From: Deltaproteobacteria bacterium
Lineage (GTDB): Bacteria; Desulfobacterota; Dissulfuribacteria; Dissulfuribacterales; JALVPX01
Assembly (NCBI GenBank): GCA_027023445.1
Contig: JALVVK010000111.1
Span: forward strand, 11,989-75,988
Direction of reading: 5' to 3'
Length of the DNA: 64,000 nt
The number at the start of each line of letters is the position of its first letter. Position 1 is the stretch's first letter. The notes beneath the pieces are model-generated. The model did no database searches, was not told where the DNA came from, and saw only the letters and a list, made by a program, of their open reading frames with translations. Made by a program: the position numbers and the translations under genes. Shown piece after piece: positions 47,875 through 58,487 of this stretch.

Positions 47875-50800
47875 ATGTTCGTACACCTACATCTGCATAC
47901 AGAGTACAGCCTGCTGGACGGGGCCATACGGCTCAAGGATCTTTTCCCAAGGGCCATTGAGTATGGTTATGAGGCCCTTGCCATCACAGATCACGGGAAT
48001 ATGTACGGCGTGCTCAACTTTTACCAGCAGGCCCGCAAGCATGGCATAAAACCCCTTCTTGGATGCGAGGTCTACGTGGCGCCAAGGGGTAGAAAGGACA
48101 GGTCGGCGAGGAGCGCCAAGGACGCGGCCTACCACCTGGTTTTGCTCGCGCAGAACAACAGGGGCTACAAGAACCTGCTTCGCCTGGTCTCCATGGCCCA
48201 CTTCGAGGGCTTTTACTATAAGCCAAGGGTGGATATGGAGCTTCTGGCTCAATATAATGAAGGGCTTATCGCCCTTTCAGCGTGCCTGCACGGGGAGATT
48301 CCCGCGGCCCTCCTGAGGGGAGATCTTAAGGCCGCGAGGGAAAAGACCGAGGCCTACGCGAAGGTGTTCAGGGATCGCTTTTACCTGGAACTTCAGGAGA
48401 ACGGAATAGATGAGCAGACACGGGTAAACCGCGGACTCATGGACCTTGCCGGCGAGATGGGCCTTCCCCTTGTGGCCACAAACGACTGCCATTATCTGAA
48501 CGCCGAGGATTCCAGCGCGCATGACGTTCTTCTGTGTATCCAGACAAACAGAACTGTTGATGATCCCAACAGGATGCGTTTTTCCACGGACAGACTCTAT
48601 TTTACATCGCCGGAAGAGATGAAGGAGCGGTTTCAGTATTGTCCCGAGGCGCTGTCAAACACGAGGGATATTGCCGAAAAATGCAATGTTGAGCTGGAAC
48701 TTGGCAGGCATCATTTTCCGCTCTTTCCTCTGGAAGAGGGCGAAACCTATGAAGAACGCTTTGAAGCACAGGCAAGAAGCGGTTTTAAAAAACGCCTTGA
48801 TGAGCTTCATCTGGATGATGAGGCGGCCGATGCGTACAGGAGCCGGTTTGAGACTGAGATAGATGTCATAAAGGAAAAGGGATTCGCATCCTATTTTCTC
48901 ATTGTATCGGATTTTATAAACTGGGCAAAATCCAACCATATACCGGTAGGGCCTGGCCGGGGTTCAGCCGCCGGGTCCCTTGTGGCATATTCCATGGGCA
49001 TTACGGATATTGACCCTGTGCGATATGGCCTGTTTTTCGAGCGTTTTCTGAATGCTGAACGCGAATCCCTGCCTGACATTGATGTTGATTTCTGCATGAA
49101 CCGCAGGGATGAGGTTATACGGTATGTGATGGAACGCTACGGTGGAGAGGACTATGTGGCCCAGATTATAACCTTTGGCCAGATGAAGGCCAAGGCGGTG
49201 ATAAGAGATGTGGGCCGCGCCCTGGGAATACCCTATCCAGAGGTGGACAGGATTGCCAAGCTTGTGCCGGAACAGCCCAAAATGACCCTTGAAAAGGCCC
49301 TGAAGCTGGAGCCGAAGCTGGCGGAGCTGGAAAAACAGGATGACAGGGTCAGGAGGCTTCTCAACATAGCAAGGGCCCTTGAGGGCCTGCCGAGACATTC
49401 CTCCACCCACGCGGCCGGCGTGGTGATATCGGACCGGCCAATGGTGGAATATCTTCCATTGACCAAGGGCCAGAACAAGGAAACCATCACTCAGTTTGAC
49501 ATGAAATGCGTGGAGAAGGCCGGGCTGATTAAGTTTGATTTCCTTGGCCTTAAGACGCTCACTGTTATCGATACTGCCCTGCGTCTTATAAGAGAGCATT
49601 ATAATCAGGAGGTGGACATCTCCAGGATTCCGCTTGATGATCCTGAAACCTACAGGCTTCTTGCCAGCGGTGACACGACCGGGGTTTTCCAGCTTGAAAG
49701 CAGCGGGATGAAGGATCTGTTGAGGCGGATGCGGCCCACGGGCTTTACCGATATGATAGCGCTGGTGGCCCTTTACCGGCCGGGTCCGCTGGAAAGCGGC
49801 ATGGTGGATCAATTTGTCCGGGCAAAGCATGGAGAGATAGAAGTCAAATACCTTCTGCCGGAATTAGAGCCTATTTTGAAGGAAACCTACGGGGTTATCG
49901 TTTACCAGGAACAGGTGATGAAGATAGCCCAGGTGCTGGCAGGCTACAGCCTGGGCGAGGGTGATCTGCTCAGGCGTGCCATGGGTAAGAAGAAGCCGGA
50001 GGAGATGGCCGCCCAGAAGGACCGCTTCCTCTCAGGCGCAAGGGCGAAAAATATTCCTGAAGACAAGGCAAAGACCATCTTTGACCTCATGGAAAAATTC
50101 GCCGGTTATGGCTTCAATAAGAGTCATTCGGCGGCCTATGCCTTCATAGCCTATCAGACAGCCTGGCTCAAGACGCATTATCTCGTTCCCTTCCTGGCGT
50201 CCCTGCTATCCAATGAGCTAAATAACACCGACGGTGTAATAAAGTTCATAGGGGAATGCAAGGCCCAGGGTGTTGATATCCTGCCCCCGGACATCAACCA
50301 TAGCAGAATTGATTTTACCATAGAAAACGGTAAAATACGTTTTGGGCTCGCTGCTGTTAAAAATGTAGGCGCAGGCGCCATAGATGCCATAGTGGAAGAG
50401 AGACAGAATAAGGGGCCATACAGGAGTTTTGAGGATTTCTGTTCCAGGGTGAACCTGGGAAAGGTAAACCGCAGGGTCCTTGAAAGCCTGATTAAATGCG
50501 GAGCCTTTGATTCCCTGGGACACCGGCGTTCACAGCTCATGGAGGTGCTTGACCAGGCCCTGGAGCTCGGTCAGACAAGGCGCCAGGAAAAGGCCTCCGG
50601 GCAGATGTCCCTGTTTGATGTTATGGCCAAAACCGCTCCTGAGGGTGAAGGGTTTGAAATCCTGGACCTGCCCGAGATTCCTGAGTGGGATGAGGCCGAG
50701 TTGTTACGCCTGGAAAAGGAGGCTCTCGGTTTTTACGTAAGCGGCCATCCTCTTGATTCCTATCAGGACCAGATCCAACGCCTGACGACCGCGCATCTTG

Positions 50801-51345
50801 GCAAGATTTCCGGGGTTCCGGATAACAGCCGGGTCAGTATTGCGGGTATCGCAAGGGAAAAAAAGGAAATTACCACGAAAAAGGGCCAGAGAATGGCCTT
50901 TCTCAAGGTGGAAGACCTGCACGGGTCAATCGAGGTGGTCTGTTTCCCGGATATATATGCCGCAGGCAGGGAATTTTTGGATTCGGACGTGCCGCTGTGG
51001 ATTCAGGGAACGCTGAAAAAGGAGGATGGGGAAAATAATACGTGCAAGATCCTTGCTGACGCCATGGAATCCCTGGAGGAGGCGGGCAAAAAAAGGATTG
51101 CCGGCCTCACGATAGAACTGAGGGAAGACAGGATTACCTCCGGTGACTTGCAGTCCCTGAAGAAACTTCTTTCCAGGCACAGGGGGAGTTATCCGGTTCA
51201 TATCAGCATAATACTGCCGGGTAAGGGGACCGTGAAGCTGAACCTGCCGGATGAATATCATGTAAGCATCGGGCATGAACTTACATCCGAGGTGGACGGG
51301 CTGGCTGGTTATCCCGCGTCAAAATTGGAATATGCCTCCATTTAG
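47875..51345 (+). CDS. dnaE: DNA polymerase III alpha subunit
   Basis: PHP domain FVHLHLHTEYSLLDG, polymerase core (GPGRGSAAGS, PDIDVDF), OB fold. Confidence 0.95.
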   Translation: MFVHLHLHTEYSLLDGAIRLKDLFPRAIEYGYEALAITDHGNMYGVLNFYQQARKHGIKPLLGCEVYVAPRGRKDRSARSAKDAAYHLVLLAQNNRGYKNLLRLVSMAHFEGFYYKPRVDMELLAQYNEGLIALSACLHGEIPAALLRGDLKAAREKTEAYAKVFRDRFYLELQENGIDEQTRVNRGLMDLAGEMGLPLVATNDCHYLNAEDSSAHDVLLCIQTNRTVDDPNRMRFSTDRLYFTSPEEMKERFQYCPEALSNTRDIAEKCNVELELGRHHFPLFPLEEGETYEERFEAQARSGFKKRLDELHLDDEAADAYRSRFETEIDVIKEKGFASYFLIVSDFINWAKSNHIPVGPGRGSAAGSLVAYSMGITDIDPVRYGLFFERFLNAERESLPDIDVDFCMNRRDEVIRYVMERYGGEDYVAQIITFGQMKAKAVIRDVGRALGIPYPEVDRIAKLVPEQPKMTLEKALKLEPKLAELEKQDDRVRRLLNIARALEGLPRHSSTHAAGVVISDRPMVEYLPLTKGQNKETITQFDMKCVEKAGLIKFDFLGLKTLTVIDTALRLIREHYNQEVDISRIPLDDPETYRLLASGDTTGVFQLESSGMKDLLRRMRPTGFTDMIALVALYRPGPLESGMVDQFVRAKHGEIEVKYLLPELEPILKETYGVIVYQEQVMKIAQVLAGYSLGEGDLLRRAMGKKKPEEMAAQKDRFLSGARAKNIPEDKAKTIFDLMEKFAGYGFNKSHSAAYAFIAYQTAWLKTHYLVPFLASLLSNELNNTDGVIKFIGECKAQGVDILPPDINHSRIDFTIENGKIRFGLAAVKNVGAGAIDAIVEERQNKGPYRSFEDFCSRVNLGKVNRRVLESLIKCGAFDSLGHRRSQLMEVLDQALELGQTRRQEKASGQMSLFDVMAKTAPEGEGFEILDLPEIPEWDEAELLRLEKEALGFYVSGHPLDSYQDQIQRLTTAHLGKISGVPDNSRVSIAGIAREKKEITTKKGQRMAFLKVEDLHGSIEVVCFPDIYAAGREFLDSDVPLWIQGTLKKEDGENNTCKILADAMESLEEAGKKRIAGLTIELREDRITSGDLQSLKKLLSRHRGSYPVHISIILPGKGTVKLNLPDEYHVSIGHELTSEVDGLAGYPASKLEYASI

Positions 51346-51435
51346 AGTAAAAAGTAAATGTTAGGCGGCAGCGGTCCGGAGGGATCTGTGCCGTGTGTAC
51401 GTTAAACTGAAGTCCTGCGGACTGGTAGAAAATTC

Positions 51436-51897
51436 ATGCAAAAAACAGGGAAAAAAATAGTCTGTAAAAATCGTAAGGCAAGGCACGAGTATCAGATTTT
51501 TGATACCATTGAGGCCGGGCTCGTGCTTCTGGGCCCGGAGGTGAAATCCCTCAGGGAGGGCCGGGCAAATCTCTCTGATTCCTATGCGAGTTTCGAGGCC
51601 GGGGAGGCGTGGCTTTACAATGCCCATATATCTCCATATCCATACGCGGCAAATTACGCCAGCCTTGATCCCACAAGGCCCAGAAAACTGCTGCTTAACA
51701 GGCGGGAGATAAGAAGGCTCATTGGTAAGATCCAGGAAAGGGGGTTTACGCTTGTTCCTCTCAGTATCTATTTCAAGGCAGGAAAGGCCAAGGTGGAGTT
51801 GGCTCTTGCAAAGGGTAAAAAGGCCTATGACAAGAGAGAGACCATGAAGCGCAGGACCATAGAGCGCGAGCTTAGAAAGCAGTATAAGATACGATAA
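51436..51897 (+). CDS. smpB: SsrA-binding protein
   Basis: [16 protein letters not shown]-like, PRKLLL motifs; 153 aa. Confidence 0.95.
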   Translation: MQKTGKKIVCKNRKARHEYQIFDTIEAGLVLLGPEVKSLREGRANLSDSYASFEAGEAWLYNAHISPYPYAANYASLDPTRPRKLLLNRREIRRLIGKIQERGFTLVPLSIYFKAGKAKVELALAKGKKAYDKRETMKRRTIERELRKQYKIR

Positions 51898-51966
51898 AAA
51901 ATTATATTTTTTTAAGGGCATGCCCAAAGCCTTCAATTTGGGCGAAGGAGATGGTAATAAGAAGCC

Positions 51967-52776
51967 ATGGAAGACGCCAAAATGAATCTGGACCTTTTTT
52001 TCTCCCATGTAACAGAGCCCTTTTCCGGATTGATACCCTCAGGCGGCCAGGAAGTATGGGCGATCCTTGACGGCCTCAGGGGCTTTATATCCGTGAGAAT
52101 CAAACCTAATCTCAGCGAAAAAATTCTGCCAGGCATTCCCCTGTTGTCACACATGGTCCTTCTGCCTGACGGATGGCTTTCAGATGGTTTCAGGGTATTA
52201 TGTGGCCAGGCTACCAAGGGAGGGCTCGAGGTGTGGATCGAAGGCCGCCATGTGCCTGAGGCGACGCTTGTCTGCGCGGGCGCTGTATTTACCGATTACA
52301 GGGTCCAGCTCGGCCGTGGTGTTGTTATTGAGCCGGGAGCCATGATAAAAGGCCCTGTAATCATCGGGGACCATACGGAAATACGCCAGGGGGCCTATAT
52401 CAGGGGAGACTGCATCTTTGGCCGCGGGTGTGTTGTGGGTCATACCACCGAGGTAAAACATTCGGTATTCATGGACAATGCCAAGGCCGGACATTTTGCC
52501 TACATTGGCGACAGTGTGTTGGGGCAGGGCGTAAACATGGGGGCTGGCACTAAACTGGCCAACCTGAAACTTTCTTCATCGAATATAAAGGTAATGCTGG
52601 AAGACCGATGCGTGGATACCGGCAGACGCAAACTTGGTGCCATCCTTGGAGACGGAGTGCAGACAGGCTGCAACTCTGTTGCCAATCCGGGGTCTTTTCT
52701 TGGTAGAAACTGCCTCGTTTCGCCTAACGCCACTGTAAAACCAGGCGTATATCCTCCCCGTTCTGTTATCCGTTAA
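51967..52776 (+). CDS. left-handed beta-helix (hexapeptide repeat) transferase family protein
   Basis: C-terminal two thirds shows repeated [LIV]-G-x4 hexapeptide periodicity; exact function not recognisable. Confidence 0.6.
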   Translation: MEDAKMNLDLFFSHVTEPFSGLIPSGGQEVWAILDGLRGFISVRIKPNLSEKILPGIPLLSHMVLLPDGWLSDGFRVLCGQATKGGLEVWIEGRHVPEATLVCAGAVFTDYRVQLGRGVVIEPGAMIKGPVIIGDHTEIRQGAYIRGDCIFGRGCVVGHTTEVKHSVFMDNAKAGHFAYIGDSVLGQGVNMGAGTKLANLKLSSSNIKVMLEDRCVDTGRRKLGAILGDGVQTGCNSVANPGSFLGRNCLVSPNATVKPGVYPPRSVIR

Positions 52777-52834
52777 TGACGTCACATTGCATGATATTAA
52801 TCAGTCATTATTTTTAACCTAAACTTTAACTTTT

Positions 52835-53249
52835 GTGCTAAGTGGTGCCTTGCACCCCGGAACATGAAAATGCTGAATGATAAATGGTGAATTATAAATT
52901 GCAGCAAATATTTTTTTACTAAATTCAGAAAGATATAATCCCGGATTGTGCAGCTCGTAAGTTTGCCGAAGATGCAAGGCGAAGGACATACGAGGACGTA
53001 CTTGTGTACTTCAACTGCCCGACAACGCAGCAGATCCGGTAAATTTGCGAGCCCCTTGTGGCTTCAAGTGCCTGGGATGTAACAGAAACCGCACCTTTTG
53101 GGTGAACAAAATGTCTGGCTGAATTATAGCTAAGTCTTTAATTATTCGACTAAAATTATTTTCTCAGGCATTTGAAGCGCATTATCCGGGATAATAACCT
53201 GGTACCTTAATTTAACATCCAGAATTTACCATTTAACATTAGTATTTTC
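52835..53249 (-). mobile_element. heptad-palindrome repeat (MITE-1), copy E, inverted orientation and split by a MITE-2 insertion
   Basis: 52835-52939 and 53191-53249 together are the reverse complement of the 33637-33808 type sequence. Confidence 0.6.
52940..53190 (+). mobile_element. 251-bp TIR element (MITE-2), copy 1
   Basis: Ends CCCGGATTGTGCA / GCATTATCCGGG; flanked by ATAAT direct repeats (52935-52939, 53191-53195); uninterrupted target visible in the other MITE-1 copies. Confidence 0.7.
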
Positions 53250-53282
53250 GGATAAAAAATAACCACAGAAAAGGAGATTTAC

Positions 53283-54188
53283 ATGAATATCATTAGCAGA
53301 ACGCTTTTAATGGCATTGGCCCTGGGCCTGTCTATGGGTTTTGGGGTCAGATTATCCATGGCGGCCGGGGACCAGGTCCTGGCCACGGTGGGGCCTAATA
53401 AACTGACAGTAAAACAGTTTCAGGATCAGATAGATTCACTTCCCATGCAGATCCAGATTGCCCTTGCCAGCAGCCCGGAAATGAAGGAGCAACTTCTTGA
53501 CAGGTGGGTGCAGATTACCCTGCTTGCCCAGGCCGCCAGGAATGAGGGGCTGGATAAAAAACCCGAGGTTATGGCAAGGGTGGAGAACCTGAAAAATTCT
53601 GTTCTCGCGCAGGAATATGCGCAGATGGCTCTTAAAAACAAGGTTAATGTTACGGATGACGACGTAAAGGCCTATTACGAAACCCACAGGAAAGATATGT
53701 CCGAACCGGCAAAGGTAAGGGCCAGGCATATACTTATAAGGGTATCGGAGAACGCCAATAAGGATAAATGGGAGGCAGCCAGGAAACTGGCCCTCAAGAT
53801 ACGCAATAAAATAAAGTCAGGTGCGGATTTTGCGGAAATGGCTAAGAAATATTCGGACGATCCGGGTACAAAGGACCGCGGAGGAGAGCTTGGTTTCTTC
53901 AGCAAGGGGAGGATGGTTCCCGAATTTGAGAAAGCTGCCTTTAACCTCAAGGTGGGGGAGATCAGCCAGCCTGTAAAGACCGTTTTCGGTTATCACATAA
54001 TACAGGTGGAGGAGAAAATGCCTGCCAAGCAGAAGTCATTTAATGAGGTCAAGGACCAGATAAGGCGCAATCTCAGTATTGAGAAGCAGCGCAATTTACT
54101 TGAGAAAATCATGGCTGATCTCAAGACCAGATATCCGGTAAAGACCAACAAGGAACTCCTGAAAAAGATAAGTTTCACGACAAAATAG
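53283..54188 (+). CDS. periplasmic parvulin-type peptidyl-prolyl isomerase (SurA/PrsA-like)
   Basis: Signal peptide; PpiC domain (ARHILI..., GGELGFF, FGYHIIQV). Confidence 0.85.
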   Translation: MNIISRTLLMALALGLSMGFGVRLSMAAGDQVLATVGPNKLTVKQFQDQIDSLPMQIQIALASSPEMKEQLLDRWVQITLLAQAARNEGLDKKPEVMARVENLKNSVLAQEYAQMALKNKVNVTDDDVKAYYETHRKDMSEPAKVRARHILIRVSENANKDKWEAARKLALKIRNKIKSGADFAEMAKKYSDDPGTKDRGGELGFFSKGRMVPEFEKAAFNLKVGEISQPVKTVFGYHIIQVEEKMPAKQKSFNEVKDQIRRNLSIEKQRNLLEKIMADLKTRYPVKTNKELLKKISFTTK

Positions 54189-54239
54189 GCCGGAGAGGAG
54201 AAGCAGGGACGGGTCACGGCCTGTTCCTCTGATCAGTTT

Positions 54240-56198
54240 ATGGATAAGAAACACCGCCGAATTCTTTTTTCAACAGCCTACTGGATTATAGGCCTGTTTC
54301 TGATATTTGGCCTTCCCCAGTTGTGGCTTCATATACAGACCAGGCAGATTTCCTACGCGGAATTCAAGTCCATGGTAAGGCAGGGCAGGGTTTTAGAGGT
54401 CCGGATGAGCCAGAATGAGGTAAAGGGCCTGATGTTTTCAGGTCCGGCCAAGGATCTTCCGGCAGTCAGAGAACACCTGATCCAGATAAAGCGGAAGCTC
54501 TCAGGCGGGGAAATCTGGGGGGTTTCAGGAACGCAGACACCATCACTGCAGGATCTTTTGAACAAGTTACGCGCCACGGCCACCCAAAAGAACGATATTG
54601 TGCTTTTCGCGGCTGTCAGGGTCAAGGATCCCAAATTAGTGGAAGATCTTGACGCGCATGGCGTGGATTACTCAGGTGTTAAGGAGAGCATGTTTGGCCA
54701 GTTTCTCTGGGGAACCCTGCTTCCGATAGTTTTCTGGGTGGGCCTTTGGTTCCTGCTGCTCAAAGGTATGGGCCGGCCGGGCGCCGGTCTTCTTTCCATA
54801 GGAAAATCCAAGGCGAAGATTGCCATGGAAAAGGATACCGGCGTCAGTTTCGAGGACGTGGCCGGGTGTGACGAGGCCAAAGATGAACTGGAAGAGGTGG
54901 TCGAGTTCATGAAGCGGCCACAACGCTACGAAAAACTGGGTGCCAAGATTCCAAAAGGCGTGCTTCTGCTGGGTCCCCCCGGAACGGGTAAAACCCTTCT
55001 TGCCAGGGCGCTGGCAGGAGAGGCCAAGGTTTCCTTTTACAGCATATCAGGTTCTGAATTCGTGGAGATGTTCGTTGGTGTGGGGGCCGCCAGGGTCAGA
55101 GATCTCTTTACACAGGCCAAGAAAAATGCTCCCTGTATAATTTTCATAGATGAAATCGACGCGATCGGCAAATTCAGGGGTGGCGTGACGCCCGGCGGTC
55201 ACGAGGAACGCGAGCAGACTCTGAACCAATTGCTTGTGGAGATGGACGGTTTTGAGCCAAACATAGGCGTTATAATCCTGGCTGCCACAAACAGGCCGGA
55301 GGTGTTGGACCCGGCCCTTTTGAGGCCGGGCCGGTTTGACAGGCAGGTGGTGCTTGACGCTCCTGATGTCCAGGGCAGGGAGGCCATACTTCAGGTGCAT
55401 GGCCGCAACAAACCCCTTGCTGAAGACGTTGATCTTAAGCAGATAGCCATGAGAACCCCCGGCTTTTCCGGAGCGGATCTCGCCAATGTCATGAACGAGG
55501 CGGCACTGCTGGCTGCCAGGGAGGGCATGGACAGGATAACCCAGTCCATACTGGAAGACGCCGTGGATAAGGTCCTTACCGGTCCGGAGAGAAAAAGCCG
55601 CCGTCTTGGAGACAGGGAAAGGCGAAGGGTAGCCTACCACGAGGCAGGTCACGCCCTTGTTGCGCATGAGTCTCCCGATGCGCCCCCTGTGGCCAAAATA
55701 TCCATTATTCCAAGGGGAAGGGCGGCGCTTGGCTATACATTGCAACTTCCCGTGGAGGAGCAATACCTCATGACCAAAACGGAGATACTGGACAAGATCT
55801 GTGTGTCCCTTGGTGGGCGGTGCGCTGAAAAACTCATTTTCGGTGAGGTGAGTTCCGGTGCTCAGAATGATCTTGAGATGGCCACGGAAATGGCAAAAAG
55901 CATGGTCTGCAGGTTCGGCATGAGTGATGACGTGGGGCCAATGGCCCTGACAAGGGAAACCAGCTCTTTTCTGAAGCTGCAGGGAATGGAGCAGCAGAAA
56001 GAGCCCATGAGCCCGGAGCTTTCGGCCAAGGTGGACAAGGAGATAAGCCGTATCCTTAATGAACAGGAAACCAGGGCAACACAGATACTTGAAAAGAACA
56101 GGCACCACCTGGAACGGGTGGCGGAGAAACTCCTTGCCGACGAGGTTATGAGCGCGGAAGAATTTAATAAAATCATCAATGGAAACGGAGGTAATTAA
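54240..56198 (+). CDS. ftsH: ATP-dependent zinc metalloprotease FtsH
   Basis: [28 protein letters not shown] zinc motif. Confidence 0.95.
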   Translation: MDKKHRRILFSTAYWIIGLFLIFGLPQLWLHIQTRQISYAEFKSMVRQGRVLEVRMSQNEVKGLMFSGPAKDLPAVREHLIQIKRKLSGGEIWGVSGTQTPSLQDLLNKLRATATQKNDIVLFAAVRVKDPKLVEDLDAHGVDYSGVKESMFGQFLWGTLLPIVFWVGLWFLLLKGMGRPGAGLLSIGKSKAKIAMEKDTGVSFEDVAGCDEAKDELEEVVEFMKRPQRYEKLGAKIPKGVLLLGPPGTGKTLLARALAGEAKVSFYSISGSEFVEMFVGVGAARVRDLFTQAKKNAPCIIFIDEIDAIGKFRGGVTPGGHEEREQTLNQLLVEMDGFEPNIGVIILAATNRPEVLDPALLRPGRFDRQVVLDAPDVQGREAILQVHGRNKPLAEDVDLKQIAMRTPGFSGADLANVMNEAALLAAREGMDRITQSILEDAVDKVLTGPERKSRRLGDRERRRVAYHEAGHALVAHESPDAPPVAKISIIPRGRAALGYTLQLPVEEQYLMTKTEILDKICVSLGGRCAEKLIFGEVSSGAQNDLEMATEMAKSMVCRFGMSDDVGPMALTRETSSFLKLQGMEQQKEPMSPELSAKVDKEISRILNEQETRATQILEKNRHHLERVAEKLLADEVMSAEEFNKIINGNGGN

Positions 56199-56200
56199 AA

Positions 56201-57670
56201 ATGCTCCCACACATGAAATCGGCTGTTATTGATCGTATTACCCTTACGGCAGCGTTCACGCTGCTGTTTCTGATGTTCACGTTCAATGTGCAGGCGCGAA
56301 CCGCCGAAGAAAATAAAGATATTGCCCTGTTGAGTAAGACATCTAACGCATTCGCCGTGGTGGTCAAGGACGCAATGCCCGCTGTTGTCTTTGTAGAGGT
56401 GGAAAAGACCATTGAGCGCCGTGCCACCCCATTCCCTTCACAGGAAGACCCCTTTGGCTTTTTCAATGATCCCTTTTTTGAGCGTTTTTTCGGTCCGCAG
56501 ATGCCCAGACGTGCCCCGAGAAAATTCAAGGAGATGGGACAGGGCTCAGGCTTTATAATCAGCAAGGATGGTTATATTCTTACTAATAATCACGTGGTAG
56601 GGGGCGCAGATGTCATAAAGGTTAAGCTCGCAGACGGAAGGGAATTCAAGGCAAAGGTCGTAGGGACGGATCCCCAGTCGGATGTTGCGGTTATCAAGAT
56701 TAACGGTAAAAATCTTCCCACGCTTCCCCTGGGCAATTCGGACAAGCTGAAGGTTGGAGAATGGGTCATTGCCATTGGGAATCCCTTTGGCCTTACCCAG
56801 ACGGTTACTGTGGGTGTTGTCAGCGCCAAGGGCAGAAGCAGGATAGGTCTCAGTGACTATGAAGATTTTATCCAGACGGATGCCGCCATTAATCCGGGCA
56901 ATTCAGGAGGGCCCTTGATAAACATCCATGGGGAGGCCGTGGGCATCAACACTGCGATATTTTCCAGGAGCGGCGGCTACATGGGAATCGGTTTTGCCAT
57001 TCCCATAAACATGGCAAGGGCCATTGAAAAACAGCTCATAAAGAATGGTAAGGTGGTAAGGGGCTGGCTTGGCGTGGTGATCCAGGACATTGACGAGGAC
57101 CTGGCAAAATCCTTCAAGCTGAAAAAACCCGAAGGCGCCCTGGTAGCCGAAGTCTCTCCGGATTCTCCGGCAGACAAGGGCGGGATCAAACAAGGAGATG
57201 TGATAACCGCGCTCAACGGCAAAAAAGTGGAAAATGTGGATGATCTCAGGAACCGTATTGCCCTGACCCCTCCAGGCACCCTGGTTACCCTGGATGTTCT
57301 GAGAAACGGGGTGCACAAGCGCATACGTATCAAGATCGGTGAGCAGCCTTCGGGCATGACCATGGGTATGGCTCAACATTCCATCCTCAGAAAGTTGGGC
57401 CTGACCGTGCAGGACCTCACCAAGGCCCTTGCCGACCAGTTTGGTTACCAGGAAGGACAGGGTGTGCTGGTGGCTGACGTGGATCCCGGCAGTCCGGCAG
57501 CCCAGGCAGGAATTCGTCCGGGCCAGTTAATAGAAGAGGTCAACAGGCACCGGGTGCACAACATGGATGAATTCCAGAAGGCATTCTCCGAGTCCAAGCG
57601 TACAAAACGTGTTCTCTTCAGGATACGTGACGGTAAATTCAGCCGTTACGTGGCGCTCAGCATAGAGTAG
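56201..57670 (+). CDS. periplasmic serine endoprotease DegP/HtrA (two PDZ domains)
   Basis: TNNHVV (His), catalytic GNSGGPL (Ser), two PDZ-like repeats. Confidence 0.9.
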   Translation: MLPHMKSAVIDRITLTAAFTLLFLMFTFNVQARTAEENKDIALLSKTSNAFAVVVKDAMPAVVFVEVEKTIERRATPFPSQEDPFGFFNDPFFERFFGPQMPRRAPRKFKEMGQGSGFIISKDGYILTNNHVVGGADVIKVKLADGREFKAKVVGTDPQSDVAVIKINGKNLPTLPLGNSDKLKVGEWVIAIGNPFGLTQTVTVGVVSAKGRSRIGLSDYEDFIQTDAAINPGNSGGPLINIHGEAVGINTAIFSRSGGYMGIGFAIPINMARAIEKQLIKNGKVVRGWLGVVIQDIDEDLAKSFKLKKPEGALVAEVSPDSPADKGGIKQGDVITALNGKKVENVDDLRNRIALTPPGTLVTLDVLRNGVHKRIRIKIGEQPSGMTMGMAQHSILRKLGLTVQDLTKALADQFGYQEGQGVLVADVDPGSPAAQAGIRPGQLIEEVNRHRVHNMDEFQKAFSESKRTKRVLFRIRDGKFSRYVALSIE

Positions 57671-57678
57671 CACTTTCC

Positions 57679-57701
57679 AGGGCCCGGCTTCCCCGGGCCC
57701 T
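57679..57701 (+). terminator. GC-rich 9-bp hairpin after degP (possible weak terminator or attenuator)
   Basis: AGGGCCCGG-cttcc-CCGGGCCCT, T-run only 9 nt further on. Confidence 0.35.
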
Positions 57702-57715
57702 ACAGGATAATTTTT

Positions 57716-58384
57716 ATGATATTCGGTCCTTATGCCATCATATTTTTCCTCTTTTTCCTCCTTGGCCTGCTGTTCCTCTTTGCGTTTATTCATGTGGGGC
57801 TGATCACCATCGCCTTTGAAAGGATAGGTCTGTCCCCGTCCCAGGTATTTGGTTTTCTGTTGCTTTCACTTTTTGGAAGCCATGTCAACATCCCTGTGAA
57901 AAGGCTGAAAAACGAGATTTCCGATTTGCCTACAGCCATAAGGTTTTATGGCGTAACCTATCGGATTCCACATGGTATACAGCACTACACCGTGGTGGCA
58001 GTGAACCTCGGAGGAGCGGTAGTGCCGCTTTTTCTGTCTCTTTATCTTATGCTGAAATGGGGAATGTTTCTGGAACCGTTGTTGGGGATCTGCATGGTTT
58101 CGGCCATAAGCTTTTTTCTGGCAAGACCCATACCTGGGCTGGGTATCGGCCTGCCCCTGTTCATTCCCCCTCTGCTTGCCGCCCTTGCGGCCGTTTTGAT
58201 CTCTACCGGGAATCATGCCCCTGTTGTGGCCTATATATCAGGGACCTTGGGCACGCTTATAGGCGCGGACCTTTTACACCTGAAAGATGTTGCCAGGCTT
58301 GAGGCTCCAATGGTGTCGATCGGAGGCGCCGGAACCTTCGACGGCATATTCCTGACAGGTATCATTGCGGTACTTCTTGCCTGA
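57716..58384 (+). CDS. polytopic membrane protein (DUF1614-like)
   Basis: Hydrophobic throughout, ~6 predicted TM segments; the DUF1614 assignment is from memory of the family pattern and is tentative. Confidence 0.5.
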   Translation: MIFGPYAIIFFLFFLLGLLFLFAFIHVGLITIAFERIGLSPSQVFGFLLLSLFGSHVNIPVKRLKNEISDLPTAIRFYGVTYRIPHGIQHYTVVAVNLGGAVVPLFLSLYLMLKWGMFLEPLLGICMVSAISFFLARPIPGLGIGLPLFIPPLLAALAAVLISTGNHAPVVAYISGTLGTLIGADLLHLKDVARLEAPMVSIGGAGTFDGIFLTGIIAVLLA

Positions 58385-58487
58385 CCAATGGAATTGTCAG
58401 GCCGCTCCCGCATTTTTTACACGAGTTCCTGTAAATCCGATTATCCGTGATATACAAAGGGGATATGGAGTTGTATCCTTACATAAA

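Noticed and set aside
51346-51966. tmRNA (ssrA) next to smpB
   Set aside because: Neither flank contains a tRNA-Ala-like acceptor/T-arm or a GGGGCUGA-type 5' end. The flanks are only 90 and 69 nt long.
55047-56210. Long antisense ORFs: 387 aa opposite ftsH, 288 aa opposite dnaE (48964-49830), 188/183/170 aa opposite ppsA, 210 aa opposite the kinase/radA junction
   Set aside because: Each lies fully inside a confidently identified gene on the other strand. Their compositions are low-complexity or Arg/Pro/Gly-rich, typical of shadow frames.
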